A stretch of 64,000 bases of DNA, taken from assembly GCA_010909165.1 (NCBI GenBank), contig VJWM01000068.1:806001-870000 (forward strand), written 5' to 3'. The notes beneath the pieces were generated by a model. The model ran no database searches, was not told where the DNA came from, and saw only the letters and a list, made by a program, of their open reading frames with translations. The translations under genes were made by a program, and so were the position numbers. The DNA is from Anthoceros angustus. Taxonomy: Eukaryota; Plantae; Anthocerotophyta. Below, one piece after another: positions 57,784 to 64,000 of this stretch. How positions within the stretch are numbered: position 1 is the first letter of the stretch; each line of letters starts with the position of its first letter.

Positions 57784-59406
57784 ATGGGATGCACGTGGTC
57801 AGGTCTTAACGCCCTCTACGATGTGGTCAACAGTGCCAGTGACGTGTGGGTGAATGAGCGTCGGTTTAGAATTGTGAGGCAGCTGGGGGAGGGTGGTTAC
57901 GCGTTTGTGTATCTGGTGAGGGAGCAGGCAGGTGGCAGGCCATCCCGGCCCCCGAAAGATCCTTCTCATGTTGCGGGTGAGGCTGCGGTCCTGGTGTCGG
58001 GGGGCATTTGCAGGTTGAAGAGGGGGGTGGTGACATAGGGTTGGCCGTGTGCTTGCTCCTGTTAGCTGATCATGGGTCTTGTTGTGGTGTAGAGGACGGG
58101 GAATATGCACTGAAGAAAGTGCTGGTGCAAACAGACGAGCAGCTGGCACTAGTGAGGCAAGAAATTCATTCGTCGTCTCTGTTCGACCATCCCAATTTGC
58201 TGCCTCTTTTGGACCATTCCATTATGGCGGTGAAGGTACGTTGCTTGGTTCATGAGAAGAGGTGCCTTTACTCGGTTGGTGTCGCGCTGGGCTTAGGCAC
58301 CCTTGGACATATATTGCCTGTGAAGTTTTTGAAATGTGATAACTAAAACGTCACTTCTTCCAGGGCACACATACTGGTACGTGGAATCAGGAGGCTTATC
58401 TACTCTTCCCGGTACACATGGAAGGGACACTATTTGATCAATTGAGCAAGATGCAGGAAAGAAAAGAATATTTCCCCACTATCACTGTGCTCCACATCTT
58501 TAGACAGGTAGGCTACCTTGGCTTGAGATAGGGATGGTGGTTGGAGCAAGGCTTGTTTTAATCTGAATGCTTTTGAGTCGATGGATGGCTTTGCGTCTTG
58601 TATCTGATTGTTCACGTTTGAGCCAGCTCTGTGCAGGTTTGCAGTACATGCACAACTTTGAACCCTCCTACGCACACAACGATGTGAAACCTGGTAATGT
58701 GTTGCTCACGAGCAGGAATGAAAAACCACCTTTGGCGGTGTTAATGGATTTTGGCAGTGCAACTCCAGCAAGCAGACAGATACGCTCTCGAGCTGAGGCA
58801 CTTCAACTGCAGGTAAGGTCGTATTGGTCATGTTGGTTGCGAAGTGTGCTTGTGGATGCATACTTTCCCTAACTTTCTTCGACATATTTGGGCTTTCGCA
58901 ACAGGAATGGGCAGCTCAACATTCATCGGCGCCGTATCGGGCACCAGAGCTATGGGACTGCCCAAGCCATGCAGACCTAGATGCAAAGACAGACATCTGG
59001 TCCCTTGGTTGCACTCTATTCGCTCTCATGTGAGTTCGTCTTCAGAATGTTCCCCATCTTGTGCATCTGCACCACTGCATCCTTGCTCATTTCTTTTGGT
59101 TGCTAACTTGGTAGGTATGGGGTATCACCATTTGAATACTCCCTGGGAGAGGCCGGAGGAAGCTTGCAGTTAGCTGCCATGAGCGGTCAGATCAAGTGGC
59201 CTCCACCTGCTCGCCCACCATATCCAGAGACACTGCATGCCTTCGTGATATGGATGCTGAATCCTGAAGCTTCCTTGCGGCCAAAAATTGATGATGTGAT
59301 CGTGCACCTCGACAGGATGCTGGTTACGTTCCCGCATCTCCCCTTCGATGTGAAGGTACACATGGCCCCAACTCACAACAGCATGCGAAGCCTGACAGAT
59401 GTATAA
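57784..59406 (+). CDS. STK16: NAK-family Ser/Thr kinase (STK16-like), multi-exon
   Basis: MGCTWSGLNALYD (myristoylation/palmitoylation start), QLGEGGYAFVYLV, YALKKV, AHNDVKPGN, LMDFGSA, EWAAQHSSAPYRAPELWD, DIWSLGC. Confidence 0.95.
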
Positions 59407-60323
59407 TTGCAGATATCTGCCCTGATGGGTGAGGCAAACTATGTATGTTCATGAAACTCTTTATCTTTCTTGCTTCTCGATCCGACACTTTCCTCCGTGC
59501 CCTTGAACTACCATGAAAGTCGGAACAGCTCGCCGGCCGGCAGGAGCCTCAATCGGGATTCTCCTGGGCAGTCGGTGGCTATGCTGTCTTACAACTTGTT
59601 CTGGTTCTGTCGATGCCCCGGTCTCGCACGACATTGTAATATCCCCATTCGTAAAGCTTGTACATTTACCGCTAAAAAACAAATGCTTTCTTTCAAGCTA
59701 TTCCGGCTACCATGAACTGCAGTGCTTTGGCTTCGATCGACTCATCACTCGACGTCAGTTTGCTTAGTCGAGCGAAGGTTTTCTCGCCCGGCTTTGTCCT
59801 TATCTGCTGCAAAATCATCCCAACTAAGTGAATAATTTCCACTACGTGGACAGCTTTCCGTCATCTGACAAGTCAGCATATACCACTAATCTCACTATGA
59901 ACATTCTTAACTGCATAATACCTTTGCCACACCTTCACACATCTTATTGCATCCTGGCTTTTCACATGCTGCTGAACGTGGGTTTTCCAAGGAGAATTCA
60001 GACGTGCTGAAATATAGACCTTTCACAGACAATGACCTGGCCTGTAGCAGAAACCCCAGGTCAGCCCTTCTTCACATGGGCACTTGCTCCCAAAGGGCTT
60101 GAACCTCGTTGGATGCAATACACACATGTGCAGGATCCATTTCTAGATCCAGCTTCTAGATCCATTTCAGATAGTTGCTCATCAGCAACATGCTTCACTG
60201 GACTTGGCTCCCCAGAAAACTTTCTTGCCATTTTTGACCAAGCACATCCATCAACATACCTTCAGGCGTCCATTCGAGATGCCGAGAGAAGTGCCTGAAC
60301 CCACGTAAGTGCCACAGGAGGAT

Positions 60324-60717
60324 TCACCAACCCAGCAGGTTGCTGCTGCTGCTGCCTGGGTTGCTGGAGGCGGGTGCTAGAAGGAGGACGGGAGGCTTCC
60401 TCCTCATCTCAAACACGCCCGTGGTCAGGTGCAGAAACTCGACAGTAGACTCCATCTCCGCCCAGACTGATCCAGCTCGAATTCGATGGACTCCTCCATC
60501 TCCTCCCTGGCGTCCAACTCCCCCGTGCTGGCCCGCCCGCACTGGCCGCAGGTGGTGCGCTTGACCCTGGTGCTGCACCGGTTGCAGCTGGCGAACATGG
60601 CAGCCCGCACTCGCCGCAATTGATCTTCGCAGCCTCCATCTGCAGCGAGGTGGAGTGGAGGGTAGAGCCGCACGCCCCGCAGCTGAGCGGGATCCCGAAC
60701 CTGCACTCCCCGCACAT
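60324..60717 (-). CDS. Putative small multi-CxxC zinc-ribbon protein, broken by two 1-bp frameshifts
   Basis: Adding one G to each of two GGG runs gives MCGEC..CGAC..CGEC..CNRC..CGQC..EEMEESIEFE..AEMESTVEFL... with consistently G/C-ending codons. Confidence 0.55.
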
Positions 60718-60855
60718 GGGAATTCTGTGATGTATCAGATATCAGACTTGGACGCACGGAGAGCCGAAGTCCCCGCGCGCACGCAGTAAGAAGTGTGGTC
60801 TGCTCCCTAACCACCTGATCAAAAGGCGGAGGGCGTAGGGAGCTGTCCGAAAGGA

Positions 60856-60927
60856 AGGCCCCACCGAGATTCGAACTCGGGCTCTTGGATTCAAAGTCCA
60901 ATGTCGTAACCACTAGACTATGGGGCC
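60856..60927 (-). tRNA. trnQ-UUG: tRNA-Gln(UUG)
   Basis: GGCCCCATAGTCTAGTGGTTACGACATTGGACTTTGAATCCAAGAGCCCGAGTTCGAATCTCGGTGGGGCCT has a complete cloverleaf, a TTG anticodon and a GTTCGAATC T-loop. Confidence 0.96.
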
Positions 60928-61463
60928 GACATACACAGGTTCCAGATTAATATAGATAGAAATTTTCACCCTTTGTTTTTCCTGTCAGATTTTATAAGGA
61001 TTCCCCGCAAGCTTTCTTCAAGTTTTTTTACCGTTTAGCTTCCGCACAACCGGATTCTCCTTCTTTACAGTGACATGGTTTGATTCCTTAAGGTTGCGCA
61101 AGTAATCGGGAGTGTCGGATGCGCAACCAGCCTGAACAGTTTTGAGAGCAAATCGTTGGGAGCATGCACTCGACAACTCCGCTAATTCCCGCTAATTTCC
61201 AACCAAATGCATGCAATTCTGAGCTACCGCACTTGTGAAGCCTGGTAACAAAAGCGAGAGTCGCACAGAAGCTTCAGTGGACTAGCTGAGGACAAAGGGG
61301 CATGAGCATGCATGCAAACTCTGCAACGGCCATGAGCACAACGTCCTTGTTCAGCACCGCGTCTAATCCGCCGTCGTTGTCGTCAGGCTGGTGTATTTTC
61401 TTTTGATCGTTCCAAGCTAAACAAATGAGTCGCGGGATCACTTCATTGAACGTAGCTGGCGTG

Positions 61464-63235
61464 TCACTCCAAGAGATGGTGCACCCATTGTTCTAGGACG
61501 AACTTGGATCCATACCAAGGTCTGTCATCGTTTGCTCCTACTGGAGAATGGTAGACGCCATTCATGGAGATGTTCAAAGCTCCGTCAAGGTGGGCTGACA
61601 TCTCAGGCACCACTCCATCCCCCCAAACATCTGACCGACCACACACCTGCAAGAGATGGTTGCAGTTGAGTTGAAAAGAAAAAAGGTTCCCTGGTGATGA
61701 TCACATCCTATCAAGGCCATCCTGCTTACCTGCTTGTATCCTTGGCCGATAAGGCGTGCTCGAAAGGTAGGTGCTGGGTTCTCTGCTGAGCTACCGGCAA
61801 GTGTCCCGTTCTTCGATTGTTCTGGAAGCTCGGTAGCCACCAGCGTCTGTTTGCCATTGGAGGTTGCAACTGTACCTAGCCCTGTGGCAGCAACCTTTGC
61901 ATCTTTTGCCGGGAAGAACTGTGCCCCCTGGAGGTATCTGCAGACGAGCCATGACTTAGGGCTGCAGCGGGTGGGAAACCGGCACCATTTGGTTCCTCAT
62001 GTTGAAGGATTCTTCTTCAACTGTACCTGCCTGATATACACACATACTTCACGTCTGGTGAATGAAACGCCCCGGGGTAGTTATCCTCGATGTAGTTGAG
62101 AAGGCCCCTTGTTTGGTCAACAACACCCTTCACCCCCTTAGGTGGTGGCCTGCATCATCATGCACAGCAGCAGATTCCAAGCATGTTCAGGATATTGAGC
62201 GTGGAGCCTGACTGATCAAACCACGAAGCAAAACAAGAGCAGAACCACTTTTGTGACGGATGGATTCCAGTTCCAGTACAAGTGTGGGCTTCCGAGAGTC
62301 AAGAGCAGAGCAACATCGTGGATGCCAATTTCACCCAGGTACAGCCGAGCCAGCCATCCACCTGCAGAATGGCCGATTACCGACACCTTGGCATCTGCAC
62401 AAGGGAATCAACCTTCAACAGACAATTCAAATGCAGCTCAAAAGCAGTTCAAAGGTTTTCCAATCTGCACAGGAGAAAGCGAAAATGAAAAATTACCAGC
62501 CTGAGGGCAGAATGCTTTGGCTTGCTCTATGGCTGTTTGTACCTTGTCCAAGTACCTGAAAATTTGCATGCAACATTCGCATTGCATGCAACCACAGTCA
62601 CCATCATGCCGGAGTCTTACCATGGGCTCTGCAATGAAAAACCTCCATCAGCTTACCAGTCAAGAACAGGTCTGGGACGCAGATTCCCAGTCCAGTATTC
62701 TGCTTCCAGCAAGCCGGCAGCATTTCGAAGCCAGTCCGGGCGGGACACCTTGGCGACTGTCACGGACAGCCCTCTGGCGCTGAGAGAGGCTCCCAGCGAC
62801 GTGTAGTCAGCTGAATTGTTCCCCAAGCCCTGGACGACATAGGGCCGGAAGCTTAGGAAATCCAGGATCAGCACACTTGTTGGCATGGGAAGAAGTTGCC
62901 TGTCAATGTGCCGGCCAATGTTGCAATCTAAATTCGTGGATTTCTCTTCACAAAGATCAATCCAAGCAGCCAGCGATCGAGGCAATTCCATGCATGAGAT
63001 GGGAATTCACCGGAAGGATGACAACCGGACGGTACGCAAGCGACCTCCCGGCTTCTCCCTCGGCATCACCATCCACTTCCTCACGCTGAGTGCTCACCGA
63101 CACCGCCCGAATTCGGCAGCCAGAGGCTCCCCGTCCGAGCCCACAGCGGAGCTGTTGCTGCTGGATTTGCTCCCCGCGCACCTTGTGGATGGGGGCAGCA
63201 AATGTGGCAGCCTGCGACGCCAGACTCGCCACCAT
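61464..63235 (-). CDS. Plastid-targeted alpha/beta hydrolase (lipase/PGAP1-like), multi-exon
   Basis: Transit peptide; RPVVILP|GLGNNSADY; VSRPDWLRNAAGL; nucleophile elbow IGHSAGGWLAR; LTLGSPH; WGDGVVP; GVYHSP; RPWYGS. Confidence 0.9.
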
Positions 63236-63728
63236 TATTGCTGGTGCCGGAGCCTGAGTCTCAGCGTGAGCCTGAAGCCTTTACTACTGCTGCCAGAGCA
63301 ACAGACACGGAAGGCAAAGCGCTCTGAGATGGCGATCCCTAGACATACCCGATTTCTAAATGCAAAAAGTGACATTCCTTGCTTGGCTTGCCTGCATGCT
63401 GAGCATATCAATGTCCCAGCCCGGGGACAATCGAGAATGCCGGCCGGGCAGTTGAGCTGTTTGCATTTCGTCATGGTTTGCTATCCTGTGTCTGGTCTCC
63501 ACATGCATATGCAGGCAGCTTTGCGCGACTCGTGCTCGATGGCCCATTTACTTCCTTCAGTTACTGCTCAACAAGAGCTCACCTAATGCGATGTTCACAT
63601 TGCCCACATGTGCAGCAGGTACTGTTCACCTGCTCAACTGGCTCGATGCAACGCAGTGCTAAGGGACAGCATATGTACTCGGGGAGCGTAGTAGCATAGC
63701 CAGGAACCCACATGGATACTCATTCCAA

Positions 63729-63970
63729 TTAAATGGCAGCAGTCCTGTAGTTCTCCTCAAAGGGATTCCGGCCTAGTACCTTTGCAAACACTTGCTGCAA
63801 GACATGAGCAGGACTCGGTGTCGCTTCACCTTTTGATCTCCAGGCTATGTGGTTGTCAGGTCTCACCAGAATCGCTCCAGAATCAGGAATCCCACATGAC
63901 TGCCACCATGGCTTGGACGTTTCTTCAGCATATAGTACACTGGCATGGTGATCATGGAAGTGACAGGTGT
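63729..63970 (-). CDS. Last exon of an FAD-dependent (phenol-hydroxylase-like) monooxygenase
   Basis: WWQSCGIPDSGAILVRPDNHIAWRS is the C-terminal motif of this family. Splice acceptor TTTTCACAG at ~63971. Confidence 0.8.
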
Positions 63971-64000
63971 CTGTGAAAAACAAGCGCATTGACTGAGTCA

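Overview
Gene-dense nuclear DNA of a land plant with flagellated sperm. A hornwort is my inference, from ~100-bp GT-AG introns, short intergenic spaces, a flagellar DRC10 gene and long WW-type PLS-PPR editing factors. Genes in order: partial PLS-PPR, an uncharacterised single-pass thylakoid protein, intronless metaxin, half-size ABCA transporter, an AT-rich DRC10/IQCD gene, LysM protein and PUB43/44-type U-box/ARM ligase. A nested transposon block follows (CRE-like non-LTR element, Ty3/gypsy pieces), then two tandem PLS-PPR genes with decayed or lost DYW domains, a degenerate tRNA-Ala with a GAC anticodon, and more transposon debris. The right end holds CONSTANS-like, a cysteine-less membrane thioredoxin, STK16 kinase, a frameshift-hidden zinc-ribbon ORF behind tRNA-Gln, a plastid alpha/beta hydrolase and the last exon of an FAD monooxygenase. 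Two ~0.85-kb tandem duplications may be assembly artefacts. I found no single multi-gene novel system. The best leads are the thylakoid 11-mer-repeat protein, the hidden zinc-ribbon gene, the stepwise DYW loss, the SSSS thioredoxin and the AT-island flagellar gene. Exon boundaries were read by eye, and family assignments come from motif recall, not database searches.
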